Part shown: positions 13,894-26,844 of the stretch, piece after piece
Numbering within the stretch: position 1 is the stretch's first letter
Layout of the letters: each line of letters opens with the position of its first letter
Assembly: GCA_973851085.1 (NCBI GenBank)
Contig: OZ316776.1
Span: 1,178,001 to 1,242,000 of the forward strand
DNA: 64,000 nucleotides
Reading direction: 5' to 3'
Source of the DNA: Ptychomitrium polyphyllum
Taxonomy: Eukaryota
Position numbers and translations under genes: made by a program
Notes under the pieces: model-generated
What the model was told of the DNA's origin: nothing
Database searches by the model: none
What the model saw: the letters and a program-made list of their open reading frames with translations, nothing else

Positions 13894-15634
13894 TCAACTC
13901 TTGTCAAGTAAGACCCTGCAGATGGCAAGAACATCTCTTAGCGCTGTGATCCTCAAAACCGAACAACATCGTTCCTCTATCATGTTCAACAGCACTGGGC
14001 GATGGCATCAATTCACATCGACAACAAAATACAAACCCATGTGTACTAAAATTCTCTCCAAGGCAAGAGACTGAGGCTTCGGCTTCGGCTTCCAATCGAA
14101 CCCTGGGCTTAACAAAGCTTACAAAAATCAATTCTTGTGAAAAATGAAAGACCGTCGTCTATTACCTGGTCATGTTTTCTATCGAGCTGGCCATCTTCAG
14201 CAATGCACTGGTCATGTTCCCTATGTTCACTTGCTTCTGCATTTCAAGTTCATAAGTTCTCTCCATCCGCGCAGTTCGCTTCACCTCGAGCTGGTACTGG
14301 CGCTCTGCCATAGTGGCCGTCTGAGCATCCTTCGAAGCAAGCCGCGCCTCACGGTCACTGTGAAGCTTCAGCATGCTCGACCGCCACGCTCGATCCTCCG
14401 CGTCTTGGGCCACATCTGGAGCTAGGTAATCCTCATACAAATCCCTCTCTAAGTTGTCAGTTCCAGCCGCCTTCCGTTTCCTCCCTGCGGAGCTCGGAGT
14501 TCCATCGTCCGGCGTGTTGGGCTCCGTCGACTGTGCAGGGGCGTTGGAGGATCGAGTCCGACCTTCACTCGGAGCGGATGACGGCGTTGGCGGAGTGGCA
14601 GTCGCGGCGCTGCTCGCAGGCACAGCGTTCTCCGGGCATGAGGTCACACCTCTCCCAATAGCTCGAGCCCCACCTTCATTCGGAGTAGATGGAGTGGCTT
14701 GTCGCTCCAGCTCGCTGCGCACACAATTCCCCGGGCACGAAGTCAAAGCTCTCTCATATGGCCGCTCCATGCGCGACGTTGGCGACGGAGAGCCAATAGC
14801 AACATTGCTCCCTGGCAAAAGCTGACTACCTGCAGCTTTCGCAGCTCTTCTCACTCTTCCAAACCGGTTCGCAACAGGCTGCGAACTCGCATCCCGATCC
14901 ATATCCACAATGCTCGACTCCATGTAGTTCGCCATCACCATCCGCTGGCCGTGCCATGGGTCGAGTGCCTTGTACATCGCCTCGGTGAATTCAAGCGGCA
15001 GCTTGCGGGTCCTGGCGAGCTCCTTCTTCTCCACCTTGGGCAGACTCCACCACTCCATCGCGTCCGACGAACCCAAGTAATCGCGGATCCGCTTGAATTC
15101 CTTTCCCAGCGCGTCCCACTTGTTGCACACCTGGTTCTGGTCGCGCTCCCGAAACCCCACCTGCGCATTGCACCCCTCGGTCACGATCCGCCACGCTTCC
15201 TTCCCGTGCAAGAACTTCTCACTCGCCGCGCCTCGCCGGTGCCGCTCCTCGTGCTCCAGCCTCTTCTGCTCGATCAAAATTAGATTCTCCTGCTCTGTCC
15301 AATTATATCCCCGCAGCGCGCGCCCCCCACCGCTGCCTGCGCCTCCTCGGCCCCCACTCCGCCCTCTACCACCCGTCATAGAGCCTCTCGCGGCAACCCC
15401 TGTGACCTCCTCTGCATGCAGCGCCTGCTCCTCGCCCTCCATCTCGCCGTAATCCACCTGCACATGCGCGTTGTCGTCCAGAGACGCCAACCCCGGGGAC
15501 GCATCGAAGCCCTCCATCGCCGTCTCCTCCCTCAACACAATCCTCCTCTGCTCGCGCCTCCCCTTCTCCGATGCCAGCTGACCTCCCACCACCTCGCTCT
15601 CCAATGCGCTCTCGCCGATCCTCAAACTCTGCAT
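13894..15634 (-). CDS. Trihelix (Myb/SANT-like DNA-binding) transcription factor, 2 coding exons (15634-14166, 13915-13894)
   Basis: The 490-aa ORF has trihelix-type tryptophans (NWTEQENLILIE...EAWRIVTEGC...RDQNQVCNKWDALGKEFKRIRDY...WWSL...LPLEF), a basic GRKRKA patch and a C-terminal helical segment. The ORF end coincides with a donor AG|GTAAT at 14166/14165. The acceptor TGCAG|G at 13916/13915 gives the C-terminus ENMTRVLLDKS*. Confidence 0.8.
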
Positions 15635-18600
15635 TCATTGTTTGTTGCTCTCTCCGCTCGAACCTCGCAACCCTAGCTACTGCAGCGTGTTGGCCTCAGT
15701 GGGATGCATGTCTGTGCCCAAAACCATCTTTATCTAACCGAAGTCTACATTTCAGTGGCTGGAATCTACATAACGCATAAATGGTTTCGAATTCTTGGAT
15801 ACTTAGCTGCTCATGCCGGGATTACGAGGGAGCGCGGTGACAGGCAGAGCACATCGGAGTGGTTTCCGTCCAAATGCTCCGCCCAGCGTATTCCAAAATG
15901 CGCTGTTGTTTCGGAGGAGGCCTGCCTGTCGGTACTTTGCCTGAGCGGTACACTTTGGACTCGCTTTACACGGCATCAGCTAGTGCAGAAGAAGTAGATG
16001 GATTATCTGGAGTTTCGTATGTTACTGGTAGTTTCATGCACCAGCTCGTGGCATTTCCACAGTGGTGACAAGAGTTGATCCAGACAGTCTGTTCAAAGTG
16101 TTTGCACCTTGGATTGTATCACCATCTCTGCAGCATCAACCGGCTTCGCAGTCCTGCATTTCGGCTACTTCATCTCTTCTGTAGTGAAAATAGGAAAAAC
16201 CATGACTTTTCACTCGGTAATTAGCCTGAAACTTCAAATATCAACCAGCTGTTTGGACATTTGAACCGGCTCATGACCGAGTTCAGATTTCTTTACCTTT
16301 GATCGATTATGAAGAACATGCTCACGAGTGTAAAATAATAAGAGCACATAGTTCAATTCTCAGAAGTTGCTGATCAGAGACTGTGAGCTAACCTGTCCTA
16401 TGTGAGAGCATACCGCTCATGAAGATTTAGCTTCCACTCGTTCAGGTACGAAACTTTTCACCCAGTATTGAAATACATGAAGTCAGAGTTGGCCGAGAGT
16501 TTTGTCAACCTACAAGCACATGGATATTTGTTGTTGTTGGTCAGTGAATTGTTAGTACATAACTGAACATAGAAACCACGCTGATATAAGCGGGACAGTA
16601 TTAACCTCAAATGAAGATAAACCTCAAACGTATCTGTACTCTAAAGCATCCATCAACTCACTAAAAGAATCTCATATTTTGAAACAAAATTGTATCTTCT
16701 GGGGTTTGGAATGCATAGAACTAGGCACCTACCTCCATAAAGTTAACAAAACTAACAAAAGTTGAGCTTCAGAACTCTCACCTGTTCGCATTAGAATTTG
16801 GCAAAATGCAGAAAGGAGCCTGGTACTTTAAAGTGCAGCCCATGAACACACCGCCACTTTTGCCATCTCATTTGTAGGTTTTGCCATTTTTGGTCCTTTA
16901 GAGATTTGTGTTTGATAATTTAATAGAAACAATTTTATGAGGGAATGAAAAGTAAGTAATGTGTACATTTATAAATATAACTATGATGTTGAATTTTGGA
17001 AAGATGTTAAAATTGGAATTTTTTTGTACCTTCATGTTATCACAGTGCACATTTTAAACAGAATGGAAATGATCTATAATGTTATTTTAAGGAATTTGAA
17101 TTTCAAAATATTTTCCATATAAAAATAAGGATGTGATTTTCACTAGAATTCGTTGTGAAATATAAATTGCTAACTTTATAAATGAATGCCTCATATCAAT
17201 GAAATTATGACATGAAATTTGGAACATTCTTATCATTTGGCAAATGATACCAATGTCCAGATTTGAAATCATAGGTCCATTAAGATGAAGGTGTCTTTCT
17301 ATAAATTTGGTAATCCAGATTTCACCAAAAATTTAGAATTTAATGAAAATTGATAAAAACCTTGTTAATCAGTAAATTTTTAATCACTTCTATAATTTTC
17401 AATATGAAAATTTGTTTTATATTAGTATTAATGTAAAATTAAATGCAATTTAAACAAAAGCTTTTCAAGCATACTTTAAAAAAATCATAATAGTAAACTG
17501 GAGAGGATTCAGTAGATGGGCTTTTTTTGATCCGACTTACAACAACCAAAAACCCAACAATCGATAGTCGATCGCCAGGTAAATTACGGTTTATTAAGGA
17601 AATGACCGACCGGCCTGGTTACCGCGAGCCAGGATTACTGGCCCTGTTGGTTCAGTAGGCGGTGGAGGCCCTGCCACCGCTGGTAGCCGGTCGCCGTGGC
17701 GTCGTCAGCGCATGGCGGCGACGCAATGCGAGGAGCTCCGTCACGCCCGAACGTTTAGTACATATGATCTGCGTGCTGCGGTGATGTGAGTTGTAATGTT
17801 TAGTAAAGTCTACTTACGTCCTGTCTCCAGTGACGGACATGATGATGTCTTATTGGGGTTTCATCCTGATTCCAACACGATCAAAACAGCAAAAGTATCG
17901 GGCCGGATGTTGATCTCAACACGGAAACCATGGTTGTACTCCCCCACACAGCCAGCCATGACGCCAAGATTGAGGCAGTCTTCAAAATGGGGAAACTTAC
18001 TCGAGAATTTTATAATTTTGTTGATCATGCTGTTGATGCCACAGCATAATCTGAGATCGCTGGACAAGCATTGAAAGGAGATTCGACTGCACTCAATTAT
18101 ACAATGGCTTCATTACCTTCTCTCTGACACATCCCATCCATCGATTCAATAAAAGAGCACATCAGGATGATTCAATATGAGTTCGATTGATCAATTTAAT
18201 CTGCCAAGTTCTTGTGAACTGAATGTAACAGTCAGTTCGGGAGGCTGTCTATATGGTGACTATTACCCTCAGCATAATTACCTCAGCTGTTATGCATCGG
18301 GGCGCATCAAAGAGCTCCTCTTTACAGCTGGAAGGACGTAAAGCCAGCTTTGCATCCCAGTCGTGACCGTGTAGGCAGACATAATCTTTGATGGTGTATA
18401 TCCAACCGGTGTTTACAACCAGTGTATCAATTTTGCTCCAAATTTATGGCAGTGCTAAGTTTTACAAGTTGTGGGAATTTGCAGCAATACCTTTTCTTGT
18501 CAAATGTGAGTACCATACGCGAGAGGAGTCCAATCATTTTGTAGTTACAGAATAAAGGAGTTATGAGATTTGTTTTCATGGAGTCTCCAATTCAACAACC

Positions 18601-19613
18601 ATTATTCACAGCACAACACAAGTTTGAAGTCAACAAAAACTTCGTTTCTAGGTAGCGTAAAAGTATAAACACCTCAACTTCATTTATGCTACATTACTGC
18701 TCAACTGTTGGCATTCCTTAATAAATTGGTTTTGGTTGCACCAACAACACCTCATACCAGTGAATGCTACAGAAGCATTGGAAGCTTGCGTTCAAAACAC
18801 CAGAAACTGATAGCACAATACCGACCGACAAATTTCAAGAAATTGATCAATATCTGTAACACAGAAAATTGAGACAATATGAGCATTTGGGAAAAATGCG
18901 CATTTTGAGTCTTCATAAGTCTAAAATGCCATAAATTGAGACTCTAAATTTAATGAATATGGTGTTACAAGCATTATGATTGAGACTCTAAATTCAAATC
19001 AATGCTTACAGAGCCAATGCTTACATAGCTCTGGCTGATCGTATTCAGAAAAATTAGGTGACATGTCAAGATACATTCGCCTCCAGCTAGGGGCTCCGTG
19101 GCTGATCGAACCATCTCTACACTTTAATGACTAATTCTAATACAAATTACAATCTGATATTCTATGCAACTAGCGCAAGCATAAGGGACTAAGATTGAAG
19201 TACATGTCACAAGCCGCCTCTAAATCCTATCCCGTCAAAATATACAGCACTTCCAAGGGTATTAATACATGGCACTGGGTTCTCTATGTCAGAAAGATTC
19301 TTGTTGCTTGAGTACATCTTCCCTCGCCTGTTCGGAACTTCCCACCTCATTGCAACACCTCATTGGAAGGCTCTGAGAATCTGCCCGATGGGGTAAAAGA
19401 GGCAGGTAAAGCTTCAAAATCTTGATCAAACCATCAGTAAAAGTGCCAAGAACGAGACCAAAGTCCTATTCTAACGTCTTAATTCCGACTCGCATTTAAA
19501 TCTCCTACAAGCAGACACATGGAAGTCTCCTTGTTGAATATCGCACGCAATGTAATAAAACTCATCTTGTTCATAATGCCGTGCCCAAATACAGTGTTTG
19601 CATGGAGTTCATC

Positions 19614-22600
19614 TCACTTGCTGATGTTACACTGCTGCAGCCAAGGGTGATCATACTTGACATACTCGGCCCAGTATTGCTTGAATTTAGATATGCTAAT
19701 CTCTAACCAAGGCTTCAAGTTGCCGTTGTAGTGGACAACTGCAGCACCTTCAATTGCAAACTTCTCTATGTTGGGATTATATCCAAGCCCCAACACATGC
19801 CATGACTTATCAAGTGGATGTGTCAGTCTGTAGAATGTTGTCAACCCAGGAGGTAGAGTCCCAAGCTTCCACAATGTTCTATTTGCATTCTGCATAGAGT
19901 GAAAATTCATATATTTCTGTCAGAAAATAAAACATGCTAATCTTTACCGAAAGTTGCAAACTAATGCAACAGATTGTTCGTGGTCGTTGGACATACTATA
20001 ATCGCATGTTTGAAGGTCCTTAGAGTAACTCAAGAAAGATACTGAATATCCAGGATCTTAATTATGGTCTTCATATTACCAGAAAGTGCTAAGCAATACG
20101 AACACAACTCGGAAGCCATAATCGAAGCACTGATCACTATGTACAGAAATCTAAAATCTAAAATTGAAATTTAACACCCAAGAGATAGAATCCTCTACAA
20201 TGTTTCAAGTGTAAAAAAACCGAAAAACCGAGCAATAATCAGTCAAAGGGCGAGACAAGAAATTTACCAGAGTTTGCCATCTATGGTAGATGGTTGTAAT
20301 GCCACGTTTCTTCCATTCCTTCAGGTCAAAGATGTTCATGCCATAAGCCCATCCACAGGCGTTCGGATCAAAGTTTCTTGCAATATGTGGGTTTGAAAAA
20401 TTCAAGTATTTTTCAAATCGATGAAAACTTTTTCCGCAGGTTTCAACTGCCCCGTTTACTTTTCCTTCAAGATTGATCGACCAGAGTGGCGTAAGATCCT
20501 TTTCGACGACGATATCATCGTCCAAGAAAAGAATTTTATCCAGTATGGGAAAAACTTCGGGTAAATAAAATCTCAAGTGATTAAGCATCGAAAGATATTT
20601 TGGGTTCCTATACTTCAAATTAGCAGAAATTCTTTCCTTGGTAGACTTGAAGAAATAGGCCTTTATAGACTCCATCTCCTGCTGCTTCAATATAGGGCAG
20701 TAAGTAGAATTCAACCACTTGAAGTCGTCCACATTTAGAACCTCAATGGTGGCTTTGCCAGGAGGGTTGCCAAGAAACCACATTCTCATCGCCCCGTAGT
20801 TGAGAGTGTCTGTAACCACATGAATGACGTGTTTTCCTGGTTCCTGGTACATCCATGAACACAATTGATTGGTTTCAGAATGTGGAACCCGCATAAGAGC
20901 ACCATGTTTTTGTACCTACAGCTAAAGCAGATATGAAGCATGTTAGGAGTAATCGTCTACAAAGCACCATATGATCGTTGCTTTCCCCATATTACAGTTA
21001 CCTTCGCATTTCTAACAGTAGAGTTCACGACTACGGCAGTTGCAAGGACATTGTCGGAAAAGAGAGCATAGTGGTAAAGACTCTTGTCTTCTAGATTTTT
21101 CTGATTTGGAAATTGGCGTTCATCAAGAGAGAGATCATAATATTCCACAGTCAGTCGCATTGATAAGCAATGTAGACCCTTGGGCACAGTTTTTGCAGCC
21201 AATTGGCTCAAAAAATTGCTTTCCTTTTTAAAACTTCGGAGCTGATCTTCCGATGTCTGAAGCATAGCCCTCAGCTTCTTGATTAGTGCTATATCATCAG
21301 CTTTAATAGGCTTAGCTCTTGACAATAACTCTCCCAGTGCCTTCATCTTTTTCTCAGCCCTGCATCAACAGACTAGCGGATTCAAGCCACAAAGGGTTTC
21401 ACACGATTGGAAACTCAATTCGACAAAAAAATCCCATAACTTCACCAAGACAAAATAAGTGGTTGCGAAAAAAAGGACATAAGCTGGAACATGTCTGGAC
21501 ATACCACCAGGACATGGACATTATAAGGAGGTCAGATCATGAAGCCTTATCTTTCATGTGAACAAGTATACAGTAAAGTAAGAGTACAGCAAGGTAAATA
21601 TATTATAAAACAGCATTCTTATTAAGACGGGACAAAATCGGGAAATATAAGATCAAGATTCCTGAAAAGATATAAGGAAAAGTTTGATAAGAGGTAAGCC
21701 GAGTACAAAACGGTTTGTATGCTCACCCCTCTGGAAGCTCAGAATCTATACTGATGTCCTCTAGCAGTTTCGCGTTGTCCTTGATGTGATTCTTCAACTC
21801 TTGAACAAGTTGGGCATCATTATGGATCGAGGCAATATTTGCGTAAGCTCGTGCCATAATCAGCTGATCGCGCATGACTCGCACAATGTTGTCAGAATTA
21901 GCTGAAATTTCTTCTGGTCTCCAAACGCTGTGTGATCTCAAGATTCCACCTTCCATCTCTTTTGCCCTTCTAATCGCCTCAGCTTCTAGTTTTTTAGACT
22001 GCTCCTTATCCTGTTGGATGAGGTCAGTTACTCTACTTTTTAATCTCTGTCCTCGGCGCTCCTGCAGGAACAATCCGTCAAAAACCATCAGATGCAAATC
22101 AAGTGACTGAAAGATCACAGCATTAGCTAGCACGAGTTATCGGAGCACAACATCAAAAAGTAGATGACCTAGATATTTGCGCAAGGAGCATCCAAGAGCG
22201 CAACAATTAAACTGGATAATCAACAGCTAGCTGCGTCTAGTTCACCTCTTGTGCTGTGACAGACTAAATGATTGTTCGCACTCACAAAGAAACAGCTCGA
22301 GCATGCTGCTAAAATTCGCAAAATTAATCCTACAAAGATGTAGTCTGAGAAGCTCACCTTCCTTGCAATCTTGGCAGGAGTATCATTTTTGATGTTTGTG
22401 ACTTGCTGGATATTCCCATCTATTTGAAGCACATGACGCAAGTATGAGCAACGCCGTTGAAATATATCGACGACTGACTTAAACGCAAAAAGTTTTTACA
22501 CTTGCAAAAAGATTGTACACAGTTGCGTTGACAAAAAACTTGAAGAGGGATCCTGATGGTAAGTTCTATAAGTATCTCAAATCTTTGAATCCAGAAGGTG

Positions 22601-24275
22601 AAATTTAGACCCTTGCTCTTACCTGCTGTTAACGCTCCTTCTAAGCCTCCAGCCTCAGAATCTGAGAGACCTTCATCATTGTGATCATACTTCTCACCTT
22701 GAGACATCAAACGCGGGAACTTGGAACTACTTTTTTCTAATTCCACTTCTTCCTGATGCTTCTGTTCAGGCTTCACCCTTTTATAATGTTTATTTGATCC
22801 TCTCCTGCATTCAACTTTCTTTCCCTCGTCCCCTTCGCAACTAGCGTCTTCAGAATCTCCCATTATTGTCCAATTCTCAGCGCCTCGTACCTCAAGATTT
22901 CTCCTACTCAAGTCAAGAGCACCTTCCCGTATCCAAGACGAAGACAAGTCGTTGCGACCAGCAACGTTCAAATTCAAGGGCCCAGGCTTTTCGTGCTTTA
23001 CGTTCAAGAGGTCTTGTACCTTGCAAAAACAGAACAAATCACCTCGTCAGGGCTTAGAATTTCGTTTTCACCTTTAAGAAGTTCGGAAACCTCATGCGGT
23101 TGCCCACAATCAAAGATACAATTCAACAGTGTAGGTCATACTGGATGCTCAAATAACCGGAGGATTCTTGACGTTAAGCATGTAAATCCAAGTTTTACCC
23201 GACATGAAGCTACATAGCGAAGGCATACTAAAACTATTCATATTTCTTGACGAATGCGTAAATCAATAAAACAAGGGCGGAGGAAATAGTGTGTACCTCC
23301 TTAGGGAAGAGTTCCCCTATTTGCTTCAAGGCTATGCGCCTTACGCTTTCTTCTTGAAGAAACTACACAATAGGGTACAGAGGGAAAAAATTAACACTAT
23401 GGGATGAGTGTGCTGCTTCGTGGAACCCGCTGTCTCTTCCGAACAAAACTAAGAACCCCCAAAATAAATAACAAGGACAGGCAGACTGTAAGAAAGTGAT
23501 TACATACTTCATTTGACGACTCATAAGCATAAGGTGTTTGCCCTGCACAAGTTTTCAAACGAGTGTAAACATGAGATAGTCGATCAACAAACACCTGTAT
23601 GATCACATTTTCAAACTCTAAAATCCAACTCAAAAGGTTTTCATCAGCTTTAATATTCTCCTCACAGAGTAATTTTCTAATTCATTTTCTTGGGCCTAGC
23701 CTGCACTATGCTCGAACTCCAAGTAGACTGAGATTACGAACTCCCGCACGACAGAGAAATAGAACAATGCTACACTGTTTATTCAAGTCCCTAAGATGTC
23801 GGCATGTTAGAGAACTCCCTCATCTTAGCTCATTTTTCGTAAACAATAACATGAACTCCAAACTCATGACCTAAATTGTCACTGAGATCAAGCGGATGTT
23901 TATAATGCACGTACAGTTTGTTAGAAAATAACAATATTAACCACCTCGTCTCAACAAATTCCACACAAACTTAACTATTTCCTCTCAGAAATTCCTTGCT
24001 CTTAGCTAATGCTGAAAAACGTTTCATCAAGGATTTCCAACAATCCCTAGGAAACATTTCACAGACACAATAAACCTATTTCAACGAACTGGAAAATGCA
24101 AGAGCAACTCACAGTTGACAAAACCGCCGTCTCCCTTCGTTGAAAGAAAGTAACAAGGTCCGGCGACGGACACCACAACTATGGCGCTGATGATCAGCGC
24201 ACTACGAAAACAATTCCGGCTATAAGCGCGTTGAGCCAAGCCCGGAAGTGCTCTTCTTGATTGTATCGAGGGCAT
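19614..24275 (-). CDS. GAUT: Galacturonosyltransferase (GT8 family, GAUT-type), about 9 exons
   Basis: N-terminal TM anchor (ALIISAIVVVSVAGPCYFL) and GAUT motifs MRDQLIMARAY, KGLHCLSMRLTVEY, YHYALFSDNVLA, YLSMLNHLRFYLPEVFP, KILFLDDDIVV, CGWAYGMNIFDL, WKLGTLPPGL and VVHYNGNLKPWL. Approximate GT-AG exons: 24275-24113, 23542-23507, 23362-23297, 23019-22623, ~22430-22357, 22062-21726, 21360-21002, ~20845-20268, ~19889-19614. Confidence 0.93.
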
Positions 24276-24863
24276 TGTCGATCGTTAAATATTTTCGCTA
24301 CTTCGTTTCCTCTCTTGCACCTATCGAAACTCATCCTCGCCGTCCTCCTCGCCCGATCCACTTGCTGGACATGGAATCAAGTTGGCCGAAAGCTTGAAAC
24401 GCGTTTGATTGTTGAGAAAAGGCCAGCAAAGTCCGCAACAGAGCGCACCGCCAGAACGTCGTCAAGTTTTTCAACCGCGGCGTTAGCAACAATAACCATA
24501 CTGATCATCGACAAGCTCTAAGAAGAAGCAACTAAGGTAATGCCCGCAGTGAGATTGAGGATCGCAGCTCCGGAGACGAAATGCTAACTACAGCATTGCT
24601 CACACTGCGGTACTACCAGAATAGTTTTGCAGACAAACAACACCAACAGCCTGCACACACAAGAAGCTCACAGCAGTGTCCAATTTCAAGATACCCTCCC
24701 CGGTATCTGATGGATCTTATCCTAGTATCACATGCATATTAACTGAGTATAGGAGAGGTATCAAGTAGGCAACTCGTCCGGGCTTCAGGCTTGGGGGCAA
24801 GGGGGGAGTCCGCGTGCGCATTGAGAGCACCTCGTATTTGCAGCAAGGGAGAATACGTGAGCG

Positions 24864-25079
24864 AAGGTTGGGTGTATACCGATAACCGTTGCTGCACCTA
24901 AAACTGTTATCATCTACCATATGGATTTACGGCACCCTTCTAACTGTTCGAAATTTGTAGATGTTGTCAACTTCAAAGGCAGTTATATGATCTGGACATT
25001 TGTGATCTGGACATTATCGTCGCCCCTTATAGATGAAGTCGGGTTTAGGTGTAGCGACGGGTTTTGGTATGTTTACCTT
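24864..25079 (+). ncRNA. Candidate miRNA-like stem-loop precursor (or old short inverted-repeat element)
   Basis: Arms 24876-24916 and 25030-25070 pair at 36/41 positions without gaps (31 Watson-Crick + 5 G-U) on the + strand. Confidence 0.45.
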
Positions 25080-26844
25080 TGGAAACAAAATTTGTATTCT
25101 ATGCAGTTGTGATACTGTCTAGCCTTCTTGATTTACCAAAGTAAATTGCAGCATTTCGATTGACGATGTAAAGTTTTGGCACGGTGAATGCTTTGGGTAT
25201 GTATTGCAAATTCCAGAAAAGAACCGTATAGAACCGTCACCGGACTAAAACCGGCATATGCTACTGTACCATATGTTGGAGGGCGATGACTCTGCTAAGG
25301 GGATTGGTGGTGTTGCTTTTAGTCGCGCACCTGAAACATTTCAACTGACCGGAATTCAGCAGGAGTCTGTTGGCGCAGATGACTCGGTCACCAAACTGAA
25401 GTTTATAGATTTCTTTGGCACAAAAGTAGCACCTAAGGTGTCACTTGGGTTTACCAACGTTGTCCCTAAACAGATTCTTTTTTTCTTGAGTTACTTTTTC
25501 TACTATTCACCATTCTAAGTTTTGCCTTATAAGATACACTTCATAGATACACTTCATAGGGTTATGAAATATATTTCTTTCAAGGAAGTGGTGCAAACTA
25601 TTTGATTCAAAATAAGGTGATTAATTTTTAAAAAATTACCTTATTATTTCATTTTTTTGTTTTTTCGATGTTTAATCCTTGAACCTATTTTCCAACTCTT
25701 TAAGCTTGAATTTAAGAAAAACTTGGTTTTAACAAAGAAAATTGAACTTTATAAGACTAAATAGACATTATCTAATGTTTAATGAAATGGTACATCCAAT
25801 GTGCTCGATTGCAATAACAAATTCAAACATGATTATTTATACCCTGTAAATTTGAGTAATTAGAAGAATACAACTTTTTTTTCAAATATTGTCCTAATTG
25901 ATTGCTTTTGTAATTATTACTTGCAATTGTCAATTTGTTTATACATTGGGCTAGTCAAAAAACTCATCTATGCTTGGTTAAAAGATACTTTATTAAGATT
26001 CTCCAAATTTCTCTCTTATATTCTTAAATGTCATTGAATAATTACAAGTTTAGGTTTGGACTCATAAAGGTGCAATTAATTTGAAAAAGTTTTGTAACGG
26101 TGAATGACTTTTGAAATAAGTAACTTTTTAAAGGCAAAAAAAATCATAAATAAAGATCATATAGCAATATTGTCAAAATTCATAAAATCATAAAAATTAA
26201 GAGCCATACTACAAAATGAATATCTTGGATACATAGAAGTATAATATAAAGATCTTATGAATATCTGAGTGAAAGCCTTTAAAATCTTCATGTAAAGGTA
26301 AGAGGGCATTACATTAAATCTAATGCATTATAATCATCAATACTCTATGATCAAAATCATATAAGTTTTGGAAATTATTTTGTTAAATTTTGAACTTAAT
26401 TTGAATTATTTCTTAAATAATTAAAAACAAACCTTTGAACTTTTGTCCTAACATTACAAGAGTTTACACTTCATTCTCAATTTTAAAAGGTCAAAACAAA
26501 AATACAAAGTGAGTGAATAAATAAAAGATAACTTTAATAATTGCAAATAAATTCTAAGTAATATAGAATCAAGAATTTTATATATACTTTTTATGACCCA
26601 AATGATCTTTTATTTTAATGATAGATACTACAAAATGCCAAAATACATTATTGTTTTAACTTTTTAAAACATATGATTAAAAACTATGCTGTACTTCCAC
26701 GTGCAACCATGTGCAAACAACTTTATCCCTATTTAAATAATATGTCAAAAACAACTTGAGCTTGAAGCACAAGTCTATTCCTTTTAAAGTGTTATATTTA
26801 ATTTTTTTGTGTATTTTACTACAATAATACTTTTGAAATAAGTA

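Noticed and set aside
14162..15634. Myb/SANT ORF as part of a PIF/Harbinger transposon
   Set aside because: No neighbouring DDE nuclease ORF, TIRs or TSD were seen. The architecture fits a host trihelix factor.
14144..15780. Overlapping + strand ORFs (up to 194 aa)
   Set aside because: Shadow ORFs of a GC-rich coding exon. The same applies to the antisense ORFs over PP2A B' and VPS35 (e.g. 55222..56082 -).
17838..17870. Box C/D snoRNA (ATGATGA...CTGA)
   Set aside because: The boxes are only about 30 nt apart, with no terminal stem or recognisable rRNA guide.
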